NCBI RefSeq assembly: GCF_020745735.1
Contig: NC_083435.1
Coordinates: 36,109,090-36,173,089, forward strand
DNA length: 64,000 nt
Reading direction: 5' to 3'
From: Hemiscyllium ocellatum
Lineage: Eukaryota
The translations under genes were made by a program, and so were the position numbers. Of the stretch, positions 33,615-46,400 are shown in pieces (the stretch's first letter is position 1; the number at the start of each line of letters is the position of its first letter). Below the pieces are notes generated by a model. That model was given only the letters and a program-made list of their open reading frames with translations. It ran no database searches and had not been told where the DNA came from.

Positions 33615-34833
33615 AATCCCGGTGTTCCCCAACAGGAAACCCTGGATGAATCAGGACAATCAGAATCTGCTAAAAACCAGGCGTGAGGCCTTCACATCAG
33701 GAGACTCACTCAAATATAAGGAACCCAGGTGTGACCTTTGCAGAGCCATGAAGACAGCCAAGGACCAATACCGATCCAAACCAGAGACCCAGACAGACAC
33801 CCGACAACGATGGCAAAGACTGAATGACATCACAGGTTCGAAAAGAGACAGTGCAAGATAGCAGATGATGACACATCCCTCCCAGATCGTCTCAATGCCT
33901 TCTCTGCTCGCTTTGAGCAGAATATCAGCGGAGAGGTAACACCTGCTCTGACAAGTCCTCACGAACTAATCCCAACAGTCACTGCATCGCCAAATACCAG
34001 ACTAATGCCATTTACAAGTTCGTTGATAACACCACCATAGTCAGTCAAATCTCAGATGGCAACAAAACAGACTACAGAGGGGAGGTGGGAGGCCTGGACA
34101 ATGGTGCACTAAGGACAACTGAGCTCTCAATGCTAGCGAAACCAAAATTATTGACTTTCAGCAGAATGTAACTCATGCCCCCCTGCACATTAACAGCACA
34201 ATAACAGGAACGAGTGGGGAGTGTCAAGCTCCTGGGAGTGATCATCAGCAACAAGCTTCCTTGGACTCTTCATGTGGACACACTGGTGACAAAGGCCCAG
34301 CAACGTCTCTTCCTCCTCAGGCAGCTGAGGGAATTTGGTATGACGCTCTGCCAACTTTTATAGGTACACCATCCAGAGCATTCTGTCTGGGTGTATCACT
34401 ACCTGGTATGGCAACTGTACCATTCAAGATCGGAGATGGCTACAGAGAGTAGTGAACTCAGCCCAGACAACCATAAAGACCAACCTCCCATCTATAGAAT
34501 CCATCTACCAGGCCCACTGTCAAGGAAAGGTCACCAGCATTCTCAAAGCTCCATCCCACCCTGGCAATGTTTTTCTATACCCTCTACCATCAGGGAGAAG
34601 GTACAGAAGCCTGAACACATCCACCAGCTGGTTTTGGAGCCGTTTCTACCTGACTGTTTGAATACTGAATGGACTCACAAACTCTTAACATTCGCCTGTA
34701 CCTGTGTTTTTGTTTTTGCTGATATTAACCTATTATTTACTTACCGTGCTATTTAACTGTGTGATCTGCCTGTATTGCTCGCAAGACAAAACTTTTCACT
34801 GTGCCTCTGTATATGTGACAATAAATTCAATTA
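33615..34833 (+). mobile_element. Rex1-type LINE, internally deleted paralog of 6420-8241
   Basis: Same 5' start and 3' tail. The middle ~1 kb is missing (junction near 33988). Confidence 0.85.
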
Positions 34834-37334
34834 AATTGCTGTAATGCTTTCCGCATTTCTGAGTGGTACACAATTGATTTAAATTATTTGGATTTCTAAG
34901 CTCTTTCTAATTTCCTTGAATAACTTTGATGAAAAATTTGATCCTTGTTCCAATTGCATTTCTACGGGTTGTCTATAACGAGGGAAAAATATTGAGTAAT
35001 TCTTCTACCCTCCTATCAGCCATGCTATCTCATTCTGGAATGGCATCTGGAAATCTCAGAGACACATCCATTATGGTCAACAAATACTGATCCCCACTTT
35101 TTGTTTTAGGTCTGGATCTGATGCAATAATTAAAACTTTTGTAAAAGATTCATCAAATGCTGGAATAGGTATGAAAGGTGTTGGTTTTATCAATAACTGA
35201 GTTTTCCAATTATCTGACATGTCTGGGAAAATGCAAGAACATCTTTCTGCAGTCCAGGCCAATAAAAATAAACTTCTATTTTCCTTATTCCCAAATGACC
35301 TCCTGCTGGTAACTCTCATGGTGCTACCCACAACCCCTCCTTTATATCACACACCAGTAATACAGCCTGATGAGCTCCTGTCTATTTTCCACCCACTTGA
35401 ATATGTGATGGTCTCCATTTCTTCATCAACATTTCATTTTTAAGATACTGACATTGCGGGATTGGTGCAGATTCACCTTTTCGGTTCAACTGCTTTATTT
35501 TTCCACCTTTCTGTTGTATTTTAGCTAATGTCTCTGAGCTAGAAAACATCTGCTTTGTTCTCGAACTGTTTTTGCTTTTTCTCCAGAACTTGATCAAATA
35601 TAGTTTATGATAACTGAATTTTAACTTCCTTATCTTGCCTGTTTGAGTTCTCTTTCTGTTCAACCTGTGGCTTTGTGACCTTGTAATCACATTCAGGAAA
35701 GATCCCAGAATGAACTGTTCTGGAACCGAGAATTTCTCTGTTACTCCATCCACCACGTTTCATCAGACCCTCTAACTTCGCCTTCCGTGAAAGAACACGA
35801 CTTTTCTCACCATGGACTCCATGTGTTATGGTAATACTCTTTCTATTTACACACCTCCTTATCTCTCCCAAACAATGATTGACTTGCTCCTGTATCTCTG
35901 AAAATCATAATTTCTTTTCCTACTCCTCTTGGTAAACATGGGGAATCTTTACTCGCTCAAGTGTTGCAAAGTTGAGGAGAGTACGTGTGGATTGGAAAGC
36001 ATGAAGTTAGAATTTGGTGTTTGTAAAATACGAGTGGTAGGTGGAGGAAAGAATTGCATGGTCCCTTGAAAAGATCATGTGCTTTTTCCACACTTAGAGA
36101 TTTACAATGGATGTCTGTGAACAGCAGCTTGCAAGTTTGCAAGTACACAGAGAGCACCCAAACTAACACATTATATTGAAAGGTCATGCAGTTAGCAGGC
36201 AAAATGCCAGCTGTTTTTTCAATCCAACAGGTTTTTGAATTTAGCCAATTAATTTGAACAGGTACTTAGCTACCAAAAATGTATTAAATTTAAATCTGAT
36301 GATTTTAACAACATAGGACCAGCCCTATCATGTGAAATATTGATATGTCATCAAGGGGATAAAGGAAGGGGGCTGTTGGATAAAGACCCCAGAGCTAACT
36401 CCCCTCCAGCAGAGCCAACAGCCTCAGCTCTCAAGAGAGAATCGCTGGCTCTCAAGTTGGATAAATAAATGGTGACGAGTTGATTTTAAAGTGAGTGTCA
36501 GGGATTTATTTTATTGAACCACTTGAAGTTGCTGAGAAACGGGTTACACCACTCGGCACTCCCCCTTTTACAGATTATGAGGTGAGGTGCCCCTATTTGC
36601 TATTTCTGTTTAGTTCTTGGAGATGGAGGGGTCAACCTCCACTTTATAACACAAGGAAATTCTTCACAGTTTTAACTCTCTGCTCCTCCACATGAGTTAC
36701 CATTACTTCACAAAGTGAATTCTTGAACTCAAACAAAGTTGTCTCTCCAAGAGTATGATAAGAGTCTGATTTATTTGCATCCACTTCGTAATGTTACTTT
36801 GTTTGATCTTTTCAAACTTTGACCAAGTTCTTCTGTTAGATTTTGAAACTGTTTTCTTTCAGCTTCTGGTATAAGTTCATATGAACATGAGACGGCTGTT
36901 TTTAGAATCATAGATTCATAGACTCCCTACAGTATGGGGACAGGCCATTTGGCCCAACAAGTCCACCCCGACCCACCGAAGGGTATCCCACAAAGACCCC
37001 ACACCCTGTGTCCAGCCAACGGGAGAAAGGTCAGTTTTCCCTGTGTCTGTTTCACAGCGAGTAACTCAACCTGTCTGTGTCTGATCTCCCTGGGAACTGG
37101 TGACAGAACCTGTTCATCTCTTTATTGGGTTTTTTTTTACTGAGACTGGGACTGAGACTGGTTCGGCAGCTTCAAGTTCAGGAAATGATCAAATTACTTT
37201 GTCGATCGGGAAATGGCATCATGGTAGAAACAAATGTTTATCTTATTTATTTTTCAGTTTGTGAACAGCAGATATTTTCCAATCACTGTTTTATTCCCAA
37301 TCCCTGATTGGAATAGGGAGAGTGGATTCCCAGA

Positions 37335-37386
37335 ATGTTGCTGATCCTTCTCTCCATCTCCCTGTGTTTTTCCCGGGTCTCTCCCG
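37335..37386 (+). CDS. Gene 2 exon 1: signal peptide
   Basis: MLLILLSISLCFSRVSP G|gtaagt, preceded by CCAAT at 37279 and 37297 and ATTGG at 37307. Confidence 0.83.
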
Positions 37387-37408
37387 GTAAGTACAGAATT
37401 CAGCTTTC

Positions 37409-37444
<36 letters not shown>

Positions 37445-40400
37445 CTGGGGTGAATGTGAGACTCTTGGGGAGAGTTTGAAATGGGGGATGTTTGATCAGC
37501 CGCCTGTTATACAGCCAGCCTGATCTTTTACACATTGAAGGCAGCACAGTCTGGGAGACTCTGATGGGATCTGTGCCCAGGTTCCTAATCTAAAACTTTC
37601 TTAACAGTGCAAGGTTTGTGAAGGTTTGTAGCTCAGATTGGGGTTTAGGGTGTAGGTTTGCTCGCTGAGCTGTAGGTTTGATATCCTGACGTTTCATTAC
37701 CTGGCTCAGTAACATCATCAGTGGTGACCTCCAAGTGAAGGAAGCTGTTGCCTCCTGCTTTCTATTTATATGTTTGTCCTGGATGGGATTCCTGGGGTTT
37801 GTGGTGATGTCATTTCCTGTCCGTTTTCTGAGAGGTTGATAGGTGGTATCTAGATCTATGTGTTTGTTTATGGCGTTGTGGTTGGAGTGCCAGGCCTCTA
37901 GGAATTCTCTGGCATGTCTTTGCTTAGCCTATCCCAGAATAGATGTGTTGTCCAGTTGAATTGGTAGGGTTTTTCATCCGTGTGTAGGGCTACGAGGGAG
38001 AGAGGGTCGTGTCTTTTTGTGGCTAGCTGGTGTTCCTGTATCCTGGTGGCTAACTTTCTTCCTGTTTGTCCTACGTAGTGTTTGTGGCAGTCCTTACATG
38101 GAATTTTGGAGATGACGTTGGTTTTGTCCATGGGTTGTACTGGGTCTTTTAAGTTTGTTAGTTTTTGTTTGAAAGTGTTGGTGGGTTTGTGTGCTACTAG
38201 GATTCCGATGGGTCTTAGTAGTCTGGTTGTCATTTCTGAAACTCTCTTGCTGTATGGTAAGGTGGTTAGGGTTTCTGGCTGTGTTTGGTCTGCTTGTCGT
38301 GGTTTGTTCCTGAGGAATCTGCGGACTGTATTTCTTGAGGATCCATTCTTTTTGAATACATTGTATAGGTGGTTCACCTCTGTTTCCCGAAGTTCGTCTG
38401 TGCTGCAGTGTGTGGTGGCTCGTTGGAATAGTGTTCTGATAAAGCTTTGTTTGTGTGTGTTGGGATGGTTGCTGGTGTAGTTAAGTATTTGGTGAGTGTT
38501 TGTCGGTTTTCTGTATACGCAGATTGGTTTGTGGCCTCATGGCTAGTTGTAATGACAGAGGTCCTCTGCCCACCAACAGCAAAGTGATTGGTTGTCAGGG
38601 AACTGAACAGCTCATTGCTGACAGCAAAATTGAACTGAATTTATTGCCACGTGCACCGATTCACAACCCTTTGGGAGAAGTAGCTTCTTCTCAACTCTTT
38701 GAAATTTGCTCCCTCTCATCCTACAACCTCTCGTCCGAGAATGCCCCACAAGGGGAAGCATCCATTCCCCATCTATTTTATCCATAGCTTTTTATTATCT
38801 TGACAACCTCAGTTTGATCTCCACACATTTTTCGAAATTCCAGACAGTATCGGCCTACACTGGTCAATCTCTCTTCATGTGACAAACCTTTATCTCTGGG
38901 ATCAATCTCATGAACCCTCCTGGGAACTGCCTCCAATGCCATTACATCTTTGCTTAAATAAGGGGACCAGAACTGTGCACAATACTCCAGGTGCGGTCTC
39001 ACCAATGCCATGTACAGCTGCATCAATACGGCCTTCCCTTTATATTCTATTCCCTGAGCTAGGAAAGACAACATTCCATTCACTTGCTTTACTATCTGCT
39101 GGACCTGCATGCTAGCTTTCTGTACCTCATGAATGAGGACACCCACCTCCCTCTGTACCTCAGCATCACAAGTCTCTGCCCATGTAGATAAAAGGTCACC
39201 TTCCCCTCACTCGACCCCAATGCATGACCTCACATGTATCTGTGTTAAACTCCATCTGCCACATTTTGGCCGATTCCCCACCCTATCTGTTGTAAGGTTC
39301 CTGTTTCCTCATTTGCAATTTACTCTCCTGCCTAGTTTTGGCGACCGGGCCTTCTCTCCCTGTATCCAAGTCGGGAACGTAGATTGTCAATAACTGGGGT
39401 CCAAGGACCAACCCTGTAACACCCCACTCGTAATGTCTTGCCATCCGGAAAAAAACCCAATTTATCCCGACTCTCTGTCTTCTGTCCATTAGCCAGTCAT
39501 CTACCCAAGATAATAAATTACTCATAATCCCATATGATCCAACTTTGTGTATTATCCTTTTGTGCGGCACCTGATCAAATACCTGCCAAAAGTCCCGATA
39601 CATTACACCTAAAGGATCCCCATTATCCACTTTGCTTCTCACATCTTCAAAGCCATCCAGCAAATGAGTCAAACATGATTCGCCCTCCATCAACCCATGC
39701 TGACTCTGATGGAGCACAGTCTGACTGGCCACCTGTCCTGATATTGCTTCCTTAATAATTGGTTCTAACACTTTCCCAACATTTGATATTCAAAAATTAC
39801 AGACCAGTTAGTTTAATAAGATTAGTATTTTTCCGATGCACGGGAGCTTTTCCCATGTAGAGGGAATTTTGGAATATTGTAATGAATGGATCCATTATCT
39901 CCACTGTCACTTCCTTTAATTCCCTCGGCTCTCGGCCATCTGACCCGGGAGACTTGTCTGCCCTCAATCCTAATAGTTTGCTGAGTACCTTTTCCCGATC
40001 AATGTTGAATGTTTTACATCCTACCCTTTCTGTTGCCTCTGACTCGAACCAATAAGAATGGTCCTTCACTGTGAAAACTGGGGCAAAGCATTGATTTGGC
40101 TTCTCTGCCATTTCAGTCGTCCCCATGATTAACTCTCCAGTTTCACCTTCCAAGGGACCAACATTCACATCAGTGACTTTCTTCCCTTTTGTATACTGAT
40201 AGAAGCTTTTGCTATCCTTTTTGATATTTTGTGCTAATTTTCTTTCTTCATTTACCTTAGCTCCTGTTATTAATTTTTTAGTATCCCTTTGCTTATGTTT
40301 GAGTTTCCCAAGCTTCCAGCCTGCCCCTGGCCTTTGCAATATGGTAGACCTTCACTTTTGACTTTATATTGTCCTTGACCACTTTTTTTAGCTATGGAAA

Positions 40401-43400
40401 TTTTTGATTTTCTACCCCCTACCCACACCCCCACCCCCTACCCCCACCCCCAACACCTTACCATCTTTCTCACTCACTGGGATATATTTTAGTTGTGAGG
40501 AATTTTACTAGCCCCTTAAACAATTGCCACTGCTCATCCCTTCTCTTATCTTTTACCTTCCCGCCCAATCTACTCGAGCCAAATCTCTTCTTCTGTTTAA
40601 TTCCAGAACACTAGTATGGGACTCCACTTTCTCCCCCCAACCTGGAGTCACCCTTTATTTACAGGTACATAGCACATGACAGTGACTCAGCTAGCACAGA
40701 GCCAGCTCCTAGAGTGAACAGAACCCCTGCCCCTCCTGTTTATATCTGTCAGCTGGGGTTACCTGTTTGGATGAAGTTAACAGCCACAATCAGGGAACTC
40801 CTATTCGATGAGGTAAACCTGAGTGATATCATACAGATCAGTACACCAGAAAACTGGGGCTGAGGGGTGGTTTAAAGTGAAGCTGATTGGTTGGTGACCT
40901 CATGGCCAGTTGTAATGACAGAGGTCCTCTGCCCACCAACAGCAAGGTGATTGGATGTCACGGAACTGAACAGCTCAGGGCTGACAGCAAAATTGAACTG
41001 AATTTATTGTCACGTGCACCGAGGCACAGTGAAAAGCTTTGTCTTGTGAGCAACACAGGCAGATCACAGAGTTAAGTAGCACAGGTAAGTAAATAATAGG
41101 TAAACAGCAGCAAAAGCAAAAACACAGGTACAGGCGAATGTTAAGAGATTGTGAGTCCATTCAGTATTCTCACAACAGTCGGGTTGAAATGTTTTCAAAA
41201 CCAGCTGGTGAATGTGTTCAGGCTTCTGTACCTTCTCCCCGATGGTAGAAATTGTGGAAAAACATTGCCAGGGTGGGATGTATCTTTGAGAATGCTGGCG
41301 GCCTTTCCTTGACAGTGGGCCTGGTAGATGGATTCTATAGATGGGAGTGCTGGTGAGGATGAAATATTGTCCCCAATCTTCACTGATGATGGCCTGTGGG
41401 TCAGGAAACAGGTCAGTTTCAGAGAGTGGGGCTCAGTCTGAGATCACAAAGTTTAGTCATCAGTCTTGAGGGGATAATAGTGTTTTAATTTTTTTAAAGT
41501 TACATCCTCAAGTACATTTTAACAAATGGTGTCATGTCGGCCCAGATTAGGTATTGAAAGTGTTAACATCCTGTATGAGAATGTCTGTGCCACAAGAGTC
41601 AGAATGATTCAAATCTAAAAACAGATTCACAGACTCTTACGCGGATTCATGCAGTTTTTGAGCAAAGTAAAATGTAATTCTGCAAGTACAAATTCACCCC
41701 ACAAACTTATATGTGTATGTGTGCATGTGTGTATGTGTCTGTGTGTGTGTGTGTGTGTATGTAGGAGTGTCTGTGTATCTGGGAAGTGACGGTGGAGATA
41801 ATGTGTGTGTGTGTGTCTGTGTGTGTGTGTGTGTGTGTGTGTAGGAGTGTCTGTATGTGTCCCTGTGTGTGAGTATGTCTGTCTGTGTGTGTGCATGTTA
41901 TGTGTATGTAGGAGTGTCTGTCTGTGTGTGTGTGTGTGTGTGTGTGTATGTTTTGTGTGTGTGTGTGTGTGTATGCAGGAGTGTCTGTGTGCGTCCGTCT
42001 GTCTGTGAGACATAACAAACAATCCATGTCTTTTTCAATATATGATTTCAGTTATATCACACTAAACTTTTGCTGTAAATTCTGTGTCCTACAATCTTAT
42101 TCTCCACAATCACATGATGAAGTGGAAATTAGTGCTTCCAAATAAACCGATTGGACTGGAACCTGGTGCTGTGTGATTTTTAACTTTGTCCACCCCAGTC
42201 CCACACCACTGCCTCCCAATTAATGAAGCAAGCCCCAGTTCAAATACCAAATGGAATGATGTGGCACAGCTCCTGTTTAAATGACAGGGTTAAATGAAGC
42301 TAAATTGGACATTTTTAACACCCAAAGGCATAACTAGGAAATATCAACCAAATCATTGAGCAAACTTCCTAGTCTCTTGCTTTCTCCCAACAATCTCTCT
42401 CTCTTCCTTCCCACTGTTCTCTCTCTCTCTTTCCCCTCCCCAGTGTCTCTCTCTCTCTCTCTCTCTCTTTCTGTTCCTCCTGAGTCTCTCCACCTCCTCC
42501 CAGCTCTTATCCCCTCCCTCACCATAAGCCTTTTCCCATCTCCTCCCCATTCTTTTATCCAACCTTCCCCAGAGTCTCATTTCCCTCCCTGGTCTCAACC
42601 CCTCCACCCCACTCCCCATCCCAGTTTCTTTCTGTCCTGTGTAATCTCTCTCTTCCCCCTCCTTCACAGTCTTTATCCCCCTCATCAGTCCCTTTGCTCC
42701 TCCCAATCCCTTTCCTTCCCCTGCAATATCTTTACCTTCTGCGCCTGCCTCTCGCCCTTCTCGATCTGTAACCCCTTCCATTCTATTCCTCCAGGTCCCA
42801 GTCTCTTTTGTCCTCATCCCAATGCTCTCTCTTCACCTCTAACCTTCCTTATCTCATTTCTAAACCCTCCATATTCTCTCCTCACTCCTCAGTGTCCCTC
42901 CTCCATGCTGTACAGTCTCTCTTCCCCATTTCCCAGTTCCTCCGCAGTGTGTGTCTCTCTCTCCCCCATCCCCAGTATTTATTTTCCAACGAAAGTCTCC
43001 AACCCACCCCAATTTCTGTCCCTCCCCAATCACTGTCCCTCCCCAATCTATGTCCCTCCCCCGTCTCTGCCCCTCTCCAATATCTGTCCCTCCCCAGTCT
43101 CTGCCCCACCCCAATATCTGTCCCTCCCCAGTCTCTGCCCCACCCCAATATCTGTCCCTCCCCAGTCTCTGCCCCTCCCCAATATCTGTCCCTCCCCAGT
43201 CTTCCTCTCTTCATCCCTGAAGTCTCTCTTCCTCCCCGCTACCAGCCACATTCTGTCTTGTTTGCTAGTTCCTCTCCCTCCCAGTTTCCCTTCCAGTGCT
43301 TGTTCTGCAGTTTGATAACCAGCTCCTCGAACTGTTTATATTACAGAAACTAACTCACCAACTTTGAAATATACAATTGTCTCAGGAGCACAAGATTTCC

Positions 43401-46400
43401 CTGAAGTCACTGTTGTTGCGATGGTCAATGGAATACAAACAGGTTACTTTGACAGTGATACCCATCGCTGTGTCCCCAGGCAGCAGTTCCTGACTGAATC
43501 ACTCAGTCTGAAATTCTGGGACGATGCTACAGATCAGGCAATCACACACACCGGGCTGGCAAAGGAGAATCTGAAATCGATCATGAAAAGGACAAACCAG
43601 ACTTCAGGTAAAATCTCACCGTCAATTGTCCATATTATCCCCCAAGTCACTCCACTTGGTCCATCTCCCAGCACTGACCCCTGGGTCACTCCACTCAGTC
43701 TATCTCACAGCACTGACCCCTGGGTCACTCTACTCTGTCCATCTCCCAGCACTGACCCCTGGGTCACTCCACTCAGTCCATCTCCCAGCACTGACCCCTG
43801 GGTCACTCCACTCAGTCCATCCCCCAGCACTGACCCCTGGGTCACTCCACTCAGTCCATCCCCCAGCACTGACCCCTGGGTCACTCCACTCAGTCCATCC
43901 CCCAGCACTGATCCCTGGGTCACCCCACTCAGTCCATCCCCCAGCACTGACCTTGGAATGAAAAGTGAAATGAGGACTGTCTACTAATTCTGCTACTTTA
44001 ACTTGAGATTGGAACCCTTTCCCCTCTGATCAGACTGTGACCCTCATCCCCGATTTCCATCTGATATTTGATCCCCTTTCCCTCTGATCAGACAGTGTGT
44101 GATTATCTATTGTTTATTGATGATTGATCCCTGTCTGGTCACTGACAGGAATTCACACACTCCAATGGATACATTCTGTTGAGGTCAGTGAAGATGGCTC
44201 TGTGAAGAGATCAATGAGATTTGGATTTGATGGAAAGGACCACATTAGTTTAGAGCCAGACAGAATGAGATGGGTTGCCGCAAATCACTTTGCAGTGATC
44301 AATAAAGAGAAATGGAATTCGGATCAATCCTGGAACTACTATTGGGAATCATATCTGCAAAAAACATCTGTTGAACATTTAAACAGATATCTGGAAGTTG
44401 GAAAGGATTATTTCACAAGGAAAGGTATGTATTTCAGTTTTGATCCCATGTTCTGATCTAACCTCAATGATCTATGAAACCGTTCTCCCATTCCATTCAG
44501 TGTCTGTCTATTGTTTGTGTTTTCCCCCTTTCCCATCACAGTTCAGCCTGAAGTGTTCATCTCCAGGAGGGAGCCCAATGGTCAGGACAAGCCGCTCACT
44601 CTCTCCTGCCTGGTCACTGGGTTTTATCCTGTAGACATCGAGGTGACCTGGCTAAGGAATGGAGAGGTCATGTCTGAGACCCAATCCTCAGGGGTTCGAC
44701 CAAACCACGATGGGACACAACAGATCCAGAAAGAGATTGAGATCAATGCTGGGGATGAGGATCAATACTCCTGTCAAATTGAACACAGCAGCCTGGCAGA
44801 GGCCCAGCTCTATCAGTGGGGTAAGGGACTGGAGTGTGTGTGTGTGTGTGTGTGTGTCTGTGTCTGTGTCTGTTCCACCATTCATTGAGGTTGCTCTGAT
44901 CTGTCCCTCACTCCCTGTACCCATTCCTGGTCCGTGTCTTTTGCTGCTCTTACCCAACAAAACCCTCCTGATCTGAGCAAAAGCCTCCTCTAATTCTGAG
45001 ATGCTATCATTTTTATTTGGCAATTCAAGAACCAGGGAAATCCACACTGGGATATCTGACTAGGTTAAGAAGACTGGCAAAAGTATGTGAAATTGGTTAA
45101 ACCCTTAATGAGATGCTAAGAGAATGGTAGGTGAAATTACTGCTGTAACTATGATGTAATACTGATGTAACTATGATGTAATACTGATATAACTATGATG
45201 TAATTAATGATGCAACTATGATGTAATGAATGATGTAACTATGATGTAATGAATGATGTAACTATGCAAAAACACCTACTGACTGAATCCCAAGTGCACT
45301 TCAAGCAGCTACTACAACTGGCTTTATCATTGGAAAATGCAGCAAGTCGAGCTCATGAATTACAGGGTATTCCAATGGAAGTGGACACCCTCGACAATCC
45401 GACTGAGCTTGGAGGACCCCACCTGGGTGCATGCAATTGCGTAGCCTCAGTCAGGACATATCGATCAGAGGGACTTGAGGTTGGCTCACAGTAAAACACT
45501 AAACCAAGCCTCAACAAACAGTTAAAATGTTGATCAGGATCCTGGCCATTAAGGCATTGCAGTTTCTGTCGATGGGTGGAATTGAGACAGCAAAAGTGTC
45601 CTACTCGACTTAAATTGAGCGAGATAAATTATAGCCCCATATCCAGGTGGGTATCCTGAAAACTCCATCCATATCTGGTTTGGAACAGTTAAATTGCATC
45701 GCGGCATCAAAATCAGAACCAACCAATTTAAACGTCTGGTTAACTGGTCATTCTGTTCTGATGGAGGTCGATCCGAGTGCAGCTGTATCAGTGATCACAG
45801 AACCAACCTTTAACAAGATTCACTCTGAACTCCAACCATTAACTTTGCACAAGATCTTGGCCAGACTGAGAACCTCAACTGAGGAAGCTTCAGAGAGTAG
45901 GGGTACAACTTCAGTTCCGCTCTTTCATGGAAGGCAGCTGGTTCAGTTACCAGTGATTGTGCTAAAAGCTTCAAATCCGAGCTTATGGGGAGAAATCAGT
46001 TGTGAGAGATTCACCCCAAATGGCTCAAGATGTTTCAATTAGAAAATGGCTGCTTGAGTGAAATTCAAATTACTTACCTGTAGATCATCCAGGTAGATCT
46101 AGGGGTTATCAGAGGAGCCAAACCACCTTGCATGTTGACCAGGAATCAATCCCATGATGCTGTAAGGCCTGCCCAGTGCCATTGGCCTTACGGGCAAAAG
46201 TCAAGGCAGAAGTTAGAAGGCTGGAAAGTGAAGGAATGATCAAACCAGTCCAGTTTGTAGAATAGGCAGCAGTGATTGGAATGGTACTGAAGCCCAGTGG
46301 GTCGGTTTGCCTTTGTGGGGATTTTAAACAAAGTGTAAACTGCTTTTGACAGCAGAATAGATAGCCAGCCCCTCAGGATTTGTGCCCAACGTTGGTGTTA

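Larger units (their letters stand above)
28921..37580 (+). repeat. Segmental duplication of ~3617-11270 (upstream region of gene 1)
   Basis: Same ordered blocks (inverted promoter relic, CR1 bits, leader B, CR1, Gypsy+LTR, Rex1, L1-like, promoter, leader). Near-identical ORF translations (e.g. 4250-4627 vs 29554-29931; 10638-10907 vs 36934-37143). Confidence 0.92.

Noticed and set aside
41627-42145. His/Thr- and Val/Cys-rich ORFs
   Set aside because: Translations of a (GT)n/(CA)n microsatellite.
42356-43315. 319-aa Pro/Ser-rich ORF (longest in the track) and overlapping ORFs
   Set aside because: An artefact of the CT-rich low-complexity tract and 34-bp repeat, which rarely contain stops; it lies within gene 2 intron 1.
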